Assembly (NCBI RefSeq): GCF_000829235.1 | Contig: NZ_AP012549.1 | Span: forward strand, 1,740,001-1,772,000 | Source: a cyanobacterium endosymbiont of Epithemia turgida isolate EtSB Lake Yunoko | GTDB lineage: Bacteria > Cyanobacteriota > Cyanobacteriia > Cyanobacteriales > Microcystaceae | Length of the DNA stretch: 32,000 nt | Direction of reading: 5' to 3' | Shown here: positions 1 through 9,385 of the stretch, piece by piece | Numbering within the stretch: position 1 is the stretch's first letter | How the letters are laid out: every line of letters starts with the position of its first letter | The notes under the pieces: model-generated | The model's input: the letters and a program-made list of their open reading frames with translations, nothing else | Database searches by the model: none | Told to the model about the DNA's origin: nothing | Made by a program: the position numbers and the translations under genes

Positions 1-1159
1 CATGAACAACAACAAAGAGAATTTAAACAACGATATAATAAAGTTAAATAATTATAACAAAGTATTTCTACAATGAAGAAAAAAGTGGCTAATGAATTGT
101 ATTTAGGTGAATTTTATCGATAATCTTAATTTATAATTAAGAACGTAAACGTAAAGCGATCCAACCATTCAAATTTCCTCTTAGTCTATTAATATACCCT
201 TTAAATAGTTTTTGAGAACCATCAAACCCTAAATTTTGTTGTCTCCTAAAATTTTATCAATAGCGAGCTCCGTTGTTTTATCAAGGTTAATAGCTAATAT
301 TCTCGTCTGAATAAAATTTTTAAATTAATCAATTATAATATAATAGTTTTATCTTATAATTGAGCTCATTAGTAGTTGATTGATCGCTCTCCTAAATATT
401 TTTAAAAAATGGGCAACATTTATCCACCTGAGAGTTATACATTTACAAATTACATCTATATTGTCTGGGCTAGATAAAGTGATGGCTATATATAAAACAA
501 ATTTAAAATTGCTCAATAATGAGAATAAACAAATGTTTTTATAAATAAAAAGACTAAAATTTAGTCTTTTTATTTTCAAATTAAATATCGTAGTCTGAAT
601 ATTTTAACTCAGCGATTAAATATTAAGTATAGATTTCTAAATCATATTCAGATCTTAGTTTGCTATGATAGTTTTAATACTATTTTTTATTTTGACAATT
701 TTATACATTGCTTGACTTTTAATAGCCTATAAATTAGGAATTTAAAATAATTAATCGTCATATCAAGAAATCTGACCCTTATTTTTTTATATAATTTATA
801 CTTAAAACTGGTACTAAAGACAATAGTAGTTTCAGTACTTAAGATAGTAAATAGTTGAGAAACGGCATAAATAGTGACCTTATTTGGTAAATAATAAACT
901 TTTTATTAAAGTTAATTAAATCTGTTAATAAAAGAGCATTTTTTATAGATGTTACATTGTTATCAATTAGTATAAATTTATTATCACAATTTTAAAAAAA
1001 TTTATAATTAATACACAACTAATATTATAAGTAATTCATCAAACTATCTTTAGAGAGAACTAAATTAAAACTACCAATAATACCTGAACTAAAATTAAAC
1101 TCTCTAAACACAGTGAGGTAGATCAACTTGAATAAGTCTAGAATAGAAAAGTTGCTAAA

Positions 1160-2090
1160 AAAGAGCGATTACCGAATACTAGTATTCTTGAAAATTTGGC
1201 TACAGTTGACTTACGAGCTAACAATTTCTTTCAGAACGAGAATAAAAGAGAAAATTTTATGTTTAGATTTAATAGGATGAAAAGTTAAATAAATTACAGA
1301 CTAGGTGAAATTGTTAAAAAATACGATACAAAAAACAACTTTTAGGTGGATTAGTCAAAGAAGAGAATAAGTAAGAAAGGAGAAGATATAAAGTATCTTA
1401 AAGAACCTTGATAAAAAGATAAATTAACTGATAACAATACTTTTTTAAATAAAAGGTTTTCTGTATGATTTTTATTATCAAGTTTACAGGAAAAATGGTT
1501 CTTTTTCGTACTGAAATTGATGTCTTATTCATTAGTTAAATATATCCATCGCAAAAGTATTAGTAATAGAAACAATAGAAAAAATAGGCTCTATTGTCGT
1601 GAAATAAATAGGGAAGTATATTTATTTGATAAACCTAAAGTAGTTAGTTTTACTAGCTATTCAACTAATTTTAAATACTTATTAGGCTCGATATAATACT
1701 TTATTCCTAAACGTTTTTTAGATTAATTAATATCAAAATATGTCATTGAAAGATGTAATTTTTTTTTACTTTAACTAGTGCGTTTCCTAAAATGAAAGTA
1801 CTTCTTAAAGAAGGTAAGCATCCTTAATTTAAATCGTGAGATAATAGAGAGAGATGTAGCTAACTAGATATTGATTAAAGAGATTATTTTAGTTAATTCA
1901 ATAGGTTGTACGAATTCTAATCATGATTTTAATAGTATTAGCAAAGGGAAAATACTGATTTTTAAATATAAAGCAGAACAATAATTGATTAAATTAGGTA
2001 TTGATTATACAATTAACGATTTAGAAGTACTATTTGATAAGCTCGATAGAAAAAGAAAATTATTAGTTGGTTGCAATAATTAATTATCAA
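1160..2090 (+). mobile_element. Decayed IS630/Tc1-mariner-like transposase relic, copy A of a dispersed repeat family; no intact ORF
   Basis: Shares a diverged block of about 130 bp with 28124-28245: AGTTGACT..27 nt..TCAGAAC in both, and the 16-mer CAGACTAGGTGAAATT is identical at 1297-1312 and 28226-28241. The stop-riddled translation gives an HTH-like stretch ..KVK*ITD*VKLLKNTIQK... At 1997-2083 it gives GIDYTINDLEVLFDKLDRKRKLL, which resembles the C-terminal ..YSPxLNPIExLWSKLK.. motif of IS630-family transposases. Family assignment is from memory of the motif, not a search. Confidence 0.35.
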
Positions 2091-2161
2091 TTTAACTACC
2101 TAATAGTATTCCAACTTGTATCTTCGTTCAAACTATAGAGGGATTATAAAATCCTAGCTTA

Positions 2162-3031
2162 TTAGTTATTTTGGTTGAGTTGGGAGTGGCAAAAATTTTC
2201 GATCACCTCAATTTCATAAAGAACCCCACTAAACCACTTTTTAAAAATTTTGCTCAAGTTACCATCTGTAATCACAGAATTAACAAATTCTTGCCATTGA
2301 GAGTCATTATTGGGCAGTATTAGTCCATATTTTTTACAATTAAAAGGCATTTCAGGAACCAGAATGTACTCTTTTCCTAAGTCTAATTCTTGTAAAATAA
2401 CTTCACCGATTAACAGAATGCTATCACTAGCAAAAGCATCAATTTTTTCTCCCTGTAAAGCTTGTATTCCTCGAAATCTTCCTGTAATCCCTTGAAATTT
2501 TACAATATTAGCTGCTGGATACTTTGCTTCTATTAACTGTTGACTACCTGTATTATCGAGGACTCCAATATTAACTCCTACTAAGCTATCATTGAAATTA
2601 ATATCATTCTGTTTTTTTTTATTAATTAGAAGTTGAGTGCCTGTTGAGAGAAAAGGGTTAGAAAACATAGCATTTAATCCATAAATTTTACGGATTACAT
2701 TTGGTCCACATTCTAAATGAATTATACCATCACTAACTAGTTCAAATCGATTCAAAAAAGTTGATTTATATAATCTCACTAAGATAACTTCTTTATTTAA
2801 TTTTTCTTTTAACTTTTCTCTCAGAATGTAGATCAAATCTAAACAAACTCCAGCGAGATTATTATTTGAATATCTATACCCGAAAGGAACTGCATCTTCC
2901 CTTATTCCAATTTTAAGTAACCCTGTACGAACAATTTCGTTGAGAATGGATTTAGATTGTGCCTTTACTGGTGTAGAACAAGATAGAAGTAAGGTTAAAA
3001 TACTCAGAAATAGCAAGCTTTTTGAATTCAT
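2162..3031 (-). CDS. Periplasmic solute-binding lipoprotein, family 3 (polar amino-acid ABC transporter type); no permease or ATPase gene adjacent
   Basis: 289-aa ORF with a lipoprotein-type signal peptide (LLFLSILTLLLSC/S). The body has typical SBP_bac_3 features (LKIGIREDAVPFGY, IDAFASDSILL). Higher GC than the flanks. Confidence 0.8.
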   Translation of the reverse strand: MNSKSLLFLSILTLLLSCSTPVKAQSKSILNEIVRTGLLKIGIREDAVPFGYRYSNNNLAGVCLDLIYILREKLKEKLNKEVILVRLYKSTFLNRFELVSDGIIHLECGPNVIRKIYGLNAMFSNPFLSTGTQLLINKKKQNDINFNDSLVGVNIGVLDNTGSQQLIEAKYPAANIVKFQGITGRFRGIQALQGEKIDAFASDSILLIGEVILQELDLGKEYILVPEMPFNCKKYGLILPNNDSQWQEFVNSVITDGNLSKIFKKWFSGVLYEIEVIENFCHSQLNQNN

Positions 3032-3067
3032 TTTTTTATTTTATGAGAAAAACAACCCCACAATTTA

Positions 3068-4105
3068 TCATACCCAAGAATCTAAAATATCTTTAAATAA
3101 AACTTCATCAATCCAGGTTTTGGCAACAACAGTTAGGGGAAGAGCTAATAATAACCCCAATAAGCCAAAAGATTGAGCAAAGAAAATCTGTGCCATTAAA
3201 GTAACAGCAGGTAATAGAGAAACTTGTTTAGCCATAATCGTTGGTGTTAGCCAGTAACTCTCAATATTTTGAATGATAAAATACCAGATTAAAATTGCCC
3301 AAATTTTCCAAGGATCGTCTAAGAGAGCAACCATGACAGGGAAAATAACGCTAGAAGCTGGTCCAATATTGGGAATAAAATTAAGTAATCCAGCCAACAA
3401 TGCATGTACTAATACTAGCTTAACCTGTAAAATCAATAAACCAACTCCACTCAGAATACCAATAAATAGACAATTAATAGTAATGCCCATTAGCCAATTC
3501 CCCAGAGCAATCTCTGATAGATTTAAAATTTCATCCACTCGACGGCGATAAAAAGATGGAAAAATTTTTAACAAAAAATTTCGATATTCTTGAGGATTAA
3601 TTGTTATCATAATTGTTAATACTAATACAAAGAATAATTGAAATATGGCTGCTACTGAATTAGAAAAAAAAGCAAAAAAATTACTGAATATTTTGGTGAA
3701 TAAAGGTTGTAATTGTTCAATAAAATCTCTCATGAAAGAAGGAGGAAGAATCCAACCTGACCGAAACTGTTTTTGTCCTAATAAAATAAAATTTTCTCGA
3801 AGTTTTTCCCAAACTATGGGGCTCAATTCCAGAAATTTATCAAATTGTCCAATAAAAGGTGGAACAATTAATAATAAAAATAGACTAGTTAATAAAGAAA
3901 TGACTAAAAGGATAATCACAACAGCCATATTTCGTTCTATAACCATTCTTTTGATCTTTAATTTTATTAACCATTTAATAAGTCGGTTAAGTGCAGTAGC
4001 AAATACAACTGCTGTAAATACCAATAATAAAAGTTGACGTATTTCCCAGAGAATATAACCGGAAATTACTAAGCTAGAGAGTCCAAGCCATTGACCAAGT
4101 TTCAC
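3068..4105 (-). CDS. AI-2E family transporter (PerM/UPF0118-type permease)
   Basis: 345-aa polytopic membrane ORF with a GTG start. The N-terminus WEIRQLLLLVFTAVVFATALN and C-terminal half ..NFIPNIGP....ESYWLTPTIM.. are typical of the AI-2E/PerM family. Confidence 0.85.
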   Translation of the reverse strand: MKLGQWLGLSSLVISGYILWEIRQLLLLVFTAVVFATALNRLIKWLIKLKIKRMVIERNMAVVIILLVISLLTSLFLLLIVPPFIGQFDKFLELSPIVWEKLRENFILLGQKQFRSGWILPPSFMRDFIEQLQPLFTKIFSNFFAFFSNSVAAIFQLFFVLVLTIMITINPQEYRNFLLKIFPSFYRRRVDEILNLSEIALGNWLMGITINCLFIGILSGVGLLILQVKLVLVHALLAGLLNFIPNIGPASSVIFPVMVALLDDPWKIWAILIWYFIIQNIESYWLTPTIMAKQVSLLPAVTLMAQIFFAQSFGLLGLLLALPLTVVAKTWIDEVLFKDILDSWV

Positions 4106-4556
4106 GAGTTTATTAGACTAATAAATCTACATTATTGATTATTTTAATCATAAAATTTAACTCAAGTTTTAGCAATACCAAAAATATAGTAATGTAGGCA
4201 ATCACCATAAATCTTACCTTATATAAAAAATAAAAATAGAGAATTTTTCATTTAATATCAATCTTTTTAGGAGTAATTTATTCCTTAATTTTTTCCAGGA
4301 TTATTTTACATAGTTCAATACAACTTAACATTTAATTATTTTTCATAAATCCCTAAAAAATAAGTTATGTTTAAAATTAGTCGATCTAAATAGAGGCTAA
4401 TAACTAGCATAAGGTACAAAAAATACTGAATATATTCTTGGTTTATATCGTTTTATTTTTATGTATATAAAAATATATTAAAGCAATTTTTTAAAAGTCT
4501 CCGGCATCTAACCCATGCTAACAATTAACTCAAGGACTATAAAATATAGGGAATTA

Positions 4557-4594
4557 CTCTTATCAGCAAGTCCTTGAGAACTTGCTGATAAGAG
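4557..4594. repeat. Perfect 15-bp inverted repeat (CTCTTATCAGCAAGT-8 nt-ACTTGCTGATAAGAG); its core recurs at 22459-22490
   Basis: Read directly from the sequence. The core ATCAGCAAG...CTTGCTGAT, with the shared 12-mer TATCAGCAAGTC, occurs at both loci. Confidence 0.7.
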
Positions 4595-5393
4595 TAGTGG
4601 ACTAAAAGTTGATGTCTAGACAAGCTTTAACCTGGCTAATATCGAGCTAAAAAGCCTGATATTACAGTGTTATTTAATTAAATATTAATAGCAAAAAGCC
4701 TATCTATATAAATCAAGAAATTAATGAATATAGACCAGGTAATTATGATAAAGCACTAGGTCAGCATCAAGAATTTATTTAACGATATAAATACAATTGT
4801 CTACCTAGTTTTTAATAAAAAACGGATTGGTTTTACTTTAAAATATAGATTTTTTAAAATAGATTATGAGAAGGCTTTAGAAGTAAATTATTTACTATCT
4901 AGTACAGAAAAAGCTACTATTTAATAGTGCCTTAGTTCGTGTAAAATTAAATAATCTTTAAAGACATAACTGCTAATCTAACCTAGTCTATCGCCTCAGA
5001 AAAAGTTAATGAAATAAGCTATTATAGTAGTGGTTGTTTCTATAAAATGGGAATTCTCAAGTTACTCTGAACTATTTCACTGAAATCAAGAAATAATTGC
5101 TTTAACTCCTAGTCAACCCTATACCTAGTCTTAATCGGGGAAAAGTTTACTATGAATGTAAACTCATACAAACTGCTTTCTACAATTTACGGGCTGTCCT
5201 TAGCCGTTTGAAAAGGCTACATGGAATGGTGACTTATCGTTAAACTTTAGTTTTAATCCATTAGTTGTAAGAAATCGTTAAACAATTTGGCTGCAATCTG
5301 ATTTTGCAAACTACTCCTAAACCCAGAACTTTCATACAAATAAAGAGTTTGCTATAGTTTGAACAGCACATAATAACTAAAGAGAAAACTACC

Positions 5394-5849
5394 GTGAAAA
5401 AAACATTACTATTACTTGCTGTATCTTTGGGCGTATTAGGAACACCAGCGAAAACCTTAGCCCATGCAATGCAGACTAATTATGTGTTTTTAGAAGAATT
5501 AGAATTTCAGTCATTTTATAGTGATGGAGAACCGGCCAAAAATGCTAAGGTTTTAGTTTATGCCCCGAATAATCCCGATCAACCTTGGATAGTAGGGAAA
5601 ACTGATAAACAGGGCCGCTTTTCCTTTCTACCTGACAATTCTATTCCTGGCCAGTGGGAAGTGGAATTTGAACAGGAAGGACATGGGGATATTTTAACAG
5701 TTCCAGTCAGCGAAAAGGGAGTCGATATTGACAAAATTAGTCAATCTAAAAAAAAGGACATTCATTATATTTCTCTCAATCCTTGGCAATCTCTTTTCAT
5801 TACTAGTGGGGTTGGAGCTATTTGGTTTCTTGCCTTAAAAAAATTTTAA
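5394..5849 (+). CDS. Secreted protein with a beta-rich (transthyretin/CarboxypepD_reg-like) domain and a C-terminal TM anchor; function unknown
   Basis: 151-aa ORF with a GTG start. Signal peptide MKKTLLLLAVSLGVLGTPAKTLA/HA, a motif GKTDKQGRFSF typical of carboxypeptidase-regulatory-like folds, and a hydrophobic C-terminus LFITSGVGAIWFLAL. Confidence 0.65.
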   Translation: MKKTLLLLAVSLGVLGTPAKTLAHAMQTNYVFLEELEFQSFYSDGEPAKNAKVLVYAPNNPDQPWIVGKTDKQGRFSFLPDNSIPGQWEVEFEQEGHGDILTVPVSEKGVDIDKISQSKKKDIHYISLNPWQSLFITSGVGAIWFLALKKF

Positions 5850-5867
5850 ATCTTGCTAGATTTTTTT
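5848..5867 (+). terminator. Weak candidate intrinsic terminator after the 151-aa gene
   Basis: AAATCT-tgct-AGATTT followed by a T-run (TTTT), immediately after the stop codon. The stem is only 6 bp and AT-rich. Confidence 0.3.
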
Positions 5868-6004
5868 CTATTATTGATGTGAAACTAGCCACCCTTAATA
5901 ATTCTCAAAAGAGATAACCCAGCCATTTACTTATGATAGAAGCATAATCAATCATCACCCTATCCACTAAGTGTAGGTGTTAAATCCCTCTCAGCTGCCA
6001 TTAA

Positions 6005-7393
6005 CTATGAGTTGGAGTCAACCTTTAAATTAACTTCCACATGATGGGCAGCTTCTGTTTGATAAACAATCGTCTCATGATCATCCTCAAGCTTGATTTC
6101 AGGATTTTTTCCGGGTGTAGTGATTAAACGCGCACCCTTGCTATCCGTGAAATAACTCCACGCCCACTGAATCATGACAATTATTTTATTGTCAAATTCG
6201 AGTAAGTAGAATACATGGATAAATAGCCATACAAACCAAGCGAGAAACCCAGATAATTTAATCCAACCCATATCAACAACAGCCCGGTGTTTTCCAATCA
6301 CTGCCAAGTTTCCCCAGTCAGTATATTTGAAAGGAGATAAAGGACGGTTTTGAAGACCATTGCGGATAAAACGCGCTACATATTCTCCTTCTTGCATGGC
6401 AACAGGGGCAACACCAGGTAAAATTCCGCCTTTTCCATCAGAATAATGAACCAAATCCCCAATGACAAAGATATTGGGATACTTGGATAAGTTGAAGTTA
6501 GGTTCAACCATAACCCGTCCGACTTTATCTAGTTGAGCCCCAGCACAATCAGCTAAGGTCTGGGCCATAGCAGACGCTTTCATCCCTGCTGTCCAAATGA
6601 CCGTGCGAGTGTGAATGCGGTCGATGGTTTCGCCCTGACTGTAAGTGACTAATTGACCCTGAATATCAATGACTCTTGCACCAGTTTTGACTGTTACCCC
6701 TAATTGTTCTAAAGATTTCTGAGCTTGAAGGGAGAGATCAGAAGGATAGGCGGGTAAAATATACTGAGGACTTTGTAATAGTATGATTTTAGCTTGAGAA
6801 GTATCAATGTTGCGGAAATCCTCTTTTAGGGTTCCATGGGCTAGTTCGGCTAAAGATCCTGCCAATTCTACTCCAGCCGGACCCCCACCCACTAAAACAA
6901 AAGTTAACCAATCTTTTCTTCTTTCAGGGTTAGGTTCTTTTTCAGCTGACTCAAAGGCGATAAATACCCGCTGACGAATTTCTAGGGCGTCTTCAATAGT
7001 TTTCAGTCCAGGAGCCTTTTCTTGCCAGTCATTGCCAAAGTATTGATGGGTTACTCCTGTAGCCACAATCAGAGAATCATATTCAATTTTTCCGTAACGG
7101 AGTTGCACCGTTTGCCTTTCGGGATCAATACTGGATACCTCTCCCATTAGCACCTCTGTATTTTTGTTCTTACTCAACAAAGCCCGTAAAGGAGAAGAAA
7201 TATCAGCTGGGGATAATCCTCCCGTAGCTACTTGATACAGTAATGGTTGAAAAACATGAAAATTACGTTTATCAATCAGGGTGACTTTAACGGGAGTTTT
7301 GGCAAGTTTTTGAGCAGCATATAGTCCACCAAAACCACCACCAATAATCACAACACGATGAAGGTTAGTTTGATTTCTTTTTTGATTAACCAT
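6005..7393 (-). CDS. Type II NADH dehydrogenase (NDH-2, Ndb-type FAD/NAD(P)-binding oxidoreductase)
   Basis: 462-aa ORF. First dinucleotide fold VVIIGGGFGGLYAAQKL, second fold FVLVGGGPAGVELAGSL, FVIGD motif, and a C-terminal amphipathic/TM segment. Typical of cyanobacterial NdbA/B/C. Confidence 0.9.
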   Translation of the reverse strand: MVNQKRNQTNLHRVVIIGGGFGGLYAAQKLAKTPVKVTLIDKRNFHVFQPLLYQVATGGLSPADISSPLRALLSKNKNTEVLMGEVSSIDPERQTVQLRYGKIEYDSLIVATGVTHQYFGNDWQEKAPGLKTIEDALEIRQRVFIAFESAEKEPNPERRKDWLTFVLVGGGPAGVELAGSLAELAHGTLKEDFRNIDTSQAKIILLQSPQYILPAYPSDLSLQAQKSLEQLGVTVKTGARVIDIQGQLVTYSQGETIDRIHTRTVIWTAGMKASAMAQTLADCAGAQLDKVGRVMVEPNFNLSKYPNIFVIGDLVHYSDGKGGILPGVAPVAMQEGEYVARFIRNGLQNRPLSPFKYTDWGNLAVIGKHRAVVDMGWIKLSGFLAWFVWLFIHVFYLLEFDNKIIVMIQWAWSYFTDSKGARLITTPGKNPEIKLEDDHETIVYQTEAAHHVEVNLKVDSNS

Positions 7394-7905
7394 AGGTTTT
7401 CGTCTCTTCTTTTATTAGGTTAGTCTGGAAATATTTTCATTGATATTTAAACAAAACTGGTAAATCTTTAGACAAATTTTGATTTAAGATGTGCTTAGAG
7501 ATTAAATGGCATATTCAAGTGATTCTTGAGAGTATTAGGTAAGTCTAAGTTTATATATAACTATAACATAATAGGCTAATTAATTTGTAAAAATTTTAAA
7601 GTAAATGTTAATATTATTTGATTCTTAGAAAGATGATTGATTACCAAATGTGGTTAAAATCCGAGTTAATCTATGTAATTAGATTAATAATTTTTTTTAA
7701 AAAACCGTGTTGCTAGCAATAATAGAAGCGATATCAACGTAGTATTTTTATAGGTTTTATTAAGGTAGAATTGATGAAGATAACAAATGTAATTTGTAAA
7801 TAATATTGAATCAAAAGATAATTAGATTTTTAGGTTTTAAATTCACTCTATATTTAGAGGATTTAGTACCCTTACTTCTTAAAGTTTAAAGTATTTAGTT
7901 ATTCT

Positions 7906-7928
7906 TTGAACAACTTTGAGTTGTTCAA
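7906..7928. promoter_or_regulatory. Perfect palindrome TTGAACAAC-tttga-GTTGTTCAA; candidate operator in the ndh / DUF2231-cta divergent region
   Basis: 9-bp arms read directly. The 11-mer TTGAACAACTT recurs at 8129-8139, 43 nt upstream of the ATG at 8182. Confidence 0.3.
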
Positions 7929-8181
7929 AATAAATATACAGTATTTTTTAGGCAATGCATATGCAACACAATCTGTCAACACAACAGAAAAAATCAAATA
8001 ATGACAATATAAAATTTTGACTGTGCTTTGTATAAGTCTGAAGAAGATTTAGATTATACTATTTTTGTGTTCATTTGAAAGTAATAAAAGATACAAATAT
8101 TTTTTGATACATCTCTTATACTCCGTTATTGAACAACTTCAGAAATGTACTGACAGGTGAAGAGCTGCCAAAAGAGTATCT

Positions 8182-8682
8182 ATGTTTAAATATCTTCCAC
8201 CTTTAAATGACCATAATCTACCCTATCCCGATACTATTCATCCCATCGTTGTACATTTCGTTATTGCAATGGTCTTGTTTGCCTTTTTATGCGACATAAT
8301 CGGTCACTTTACTCGTAATACTCGTTTATACGAGGTAAGCTGGTGGAATATGTTAATAGCTACCGTTTCTATCTTTGTAGCTATTATTTTCGGTCAATTT
8401 GAGGCAGGTTTAGCCCAACCTTACGAAGTAGTACAGCCCGTATTGCATCTTCATACGCTGATTGGTTGGTCATTATCGGCAATTATTGCGGCAATTACAG
8501 GATGGCGTTATGTAATTCGCTCAACAACCCCTGACAAGCTTCCGGTTCCATATTTAGGATTGGTATTAGTTTTAGTGGCAATTGTTGGTATTCAAGTATA
8601 TCTCGGAGACAAATTAGTCTGGGTGTATGGACTCCACACTGTCCCTGTTGTTGAAGCCATTAAGAAGGGAGTTTTACAATAA
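8182..8682 (+). CDS. DUF2231-family integral membrane protein (4 TM), first gene of the oxidase operon
   Basis: 166-aa ORF with the N-terminal motif IHPIVVHFVIAM typical of DUF2231 and conserved His in the TM helices (LHLHTLIGW). The stop overlaps the next start (TAATG at 8680-8684). Confidence 0.8.
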   Translation: MFKYLPPLNDHNLPYPDTIHPIVVHFVIAMVLFAFLCDIIGHFTRNTRLYEVSWWNMLIATVSIFVAIIFGQFEAGLAQPYEVVQPVLHLHTLIGWSLSAIIAAITGWRYVIRSTTPDKLPVPYLGLVLVLVAIVGIQVYLGDKLVWVYGLHTVPVVEAIKKGVLQ

Positions 8683-9323
8683 TGAATTCTGAAGTAATTG
8701 ATAAATTCATAGCTGATTTAGGCGCAAATGGACTACCTTATTCAATCCCTATTCACCCCAATCTAGTTCATCTGACTATAGGATTGTTTATAGTTGCTAT
8801 TACTTTTGATATCCTAGGGGCAATGTTTCGGCTCCAGAAACCTGTTTTTAAATTCCTTGCCATTTCCACTACTCGTAGCAACTTCTTTGATGTCGGTTGG
8901 TATAATCTGTTAGCAGCCTCGATCATCACTATTTTTACTGTTGCAGCCGGATTTTACGAGATGATGTTGGCCAACCCCATCGCTGATGTTAAAAGTGCTT
9001 GGGGACTTGGGGCAATGAATACCCTGTTGTGGCACGGTGTAGGGGGAGTATTTCTTCTTGCTTTCATGATTGGAATGACTGTATGGAGAGGATTCCAACG
9101 GTTTCTATGGCGTAAAGAAAGAACCATCCAAGTGCAGTGGACTTATTTAGGGGTAGGTATTTTTATGTTATTTCTGCTGTTTCTTCATGGAACCTTAGGG
9201 GCGCATATTGGCGCAGAATTTGGGGTACACAATACAGCTGATCAATTGTTACAATCAGGACAAGAATCTCAGTTATTGACCTCAGAATTCAACTTTCTCA
9301 AAGATGATAAGTCAAAATTATGA
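8682..9323 (+). CDS. DUF2231-family integral membrane protein, paralogue of the upstream gene
   Basis: 213-aa ORF with the motif IHPNLVHLTIGLF and further TM histidines (LLWHGVGG, FLHGTLGAHIG). Translationally coupled to the upstream ORF. Confidence 0.8.
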   Translation: MNSEVIDKFIADLGANGLPYSIPIHPNLVHLTIGLFIVAITFDILGAMFRLQKPVFKFLAISTTRSNFFDVGWYNLLAASIITIFTVAAGFYEMMLANPIADVKSAWGLGAMNTLLWHGVGGVFLLAFMIGMTVWRGFQRFLWRKERTIQVQWTYLGVGIFMLFLLFLHGTLGAHIGAEFGVHNTADQLLQSGQESQLLTSEFNFLKDDKSKL

Positions 9324-9385
9324 CATTTTTGAGTAAAACTCCTATTGATTAAGGATTACTTTTGTTGTTCTGGTATTTATTAATT

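Noticed and set aside
349-579. 76-aa ORF from the track
   Set aside because: It lies in extremely AT-rich sequence. The peptide is low-complexity (I/K/N/F/L rich) with no SD or recognisable domain. It is most likely a chance ORF.
2310-4037. Plus-strand ORFs 2310-2495, 2940-3176, 3273-3551 and 3645-4037
   Set aside because: All lie antisense to, and are mostly or entirely nested in, the well-supported SBP and AI-2E genes. Their peptides are compositionally odd, so I treat them as shadow ORFs.
5130-5260. Possible cobalamin riboswitch upstream of the 151-aa secreted-protein gene (AATCGGGGAAAAG ... GGCTGTCCTTAGCC)
   Set aside because: Only the AAT.GGGAA-like start is reminiscent. I could not find the GGTGAAAATCC-type core or a B12 box (GCCACTG). 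There is not enough to call it, even as a relic.
9362-9385. TTG starts proposed by the track for ctaC (9362), ctaE (12136) and the 18360 ORF
   Set aside because: In each case an in-frame ATG a few codons downstream (9386, 12148, 18390) gives a more typical N-terminus. For ctaE, that ATG also has a GGAG at good spacing. The TTG extensions are probably artefacts of longest-ORF calling and remain unverified.
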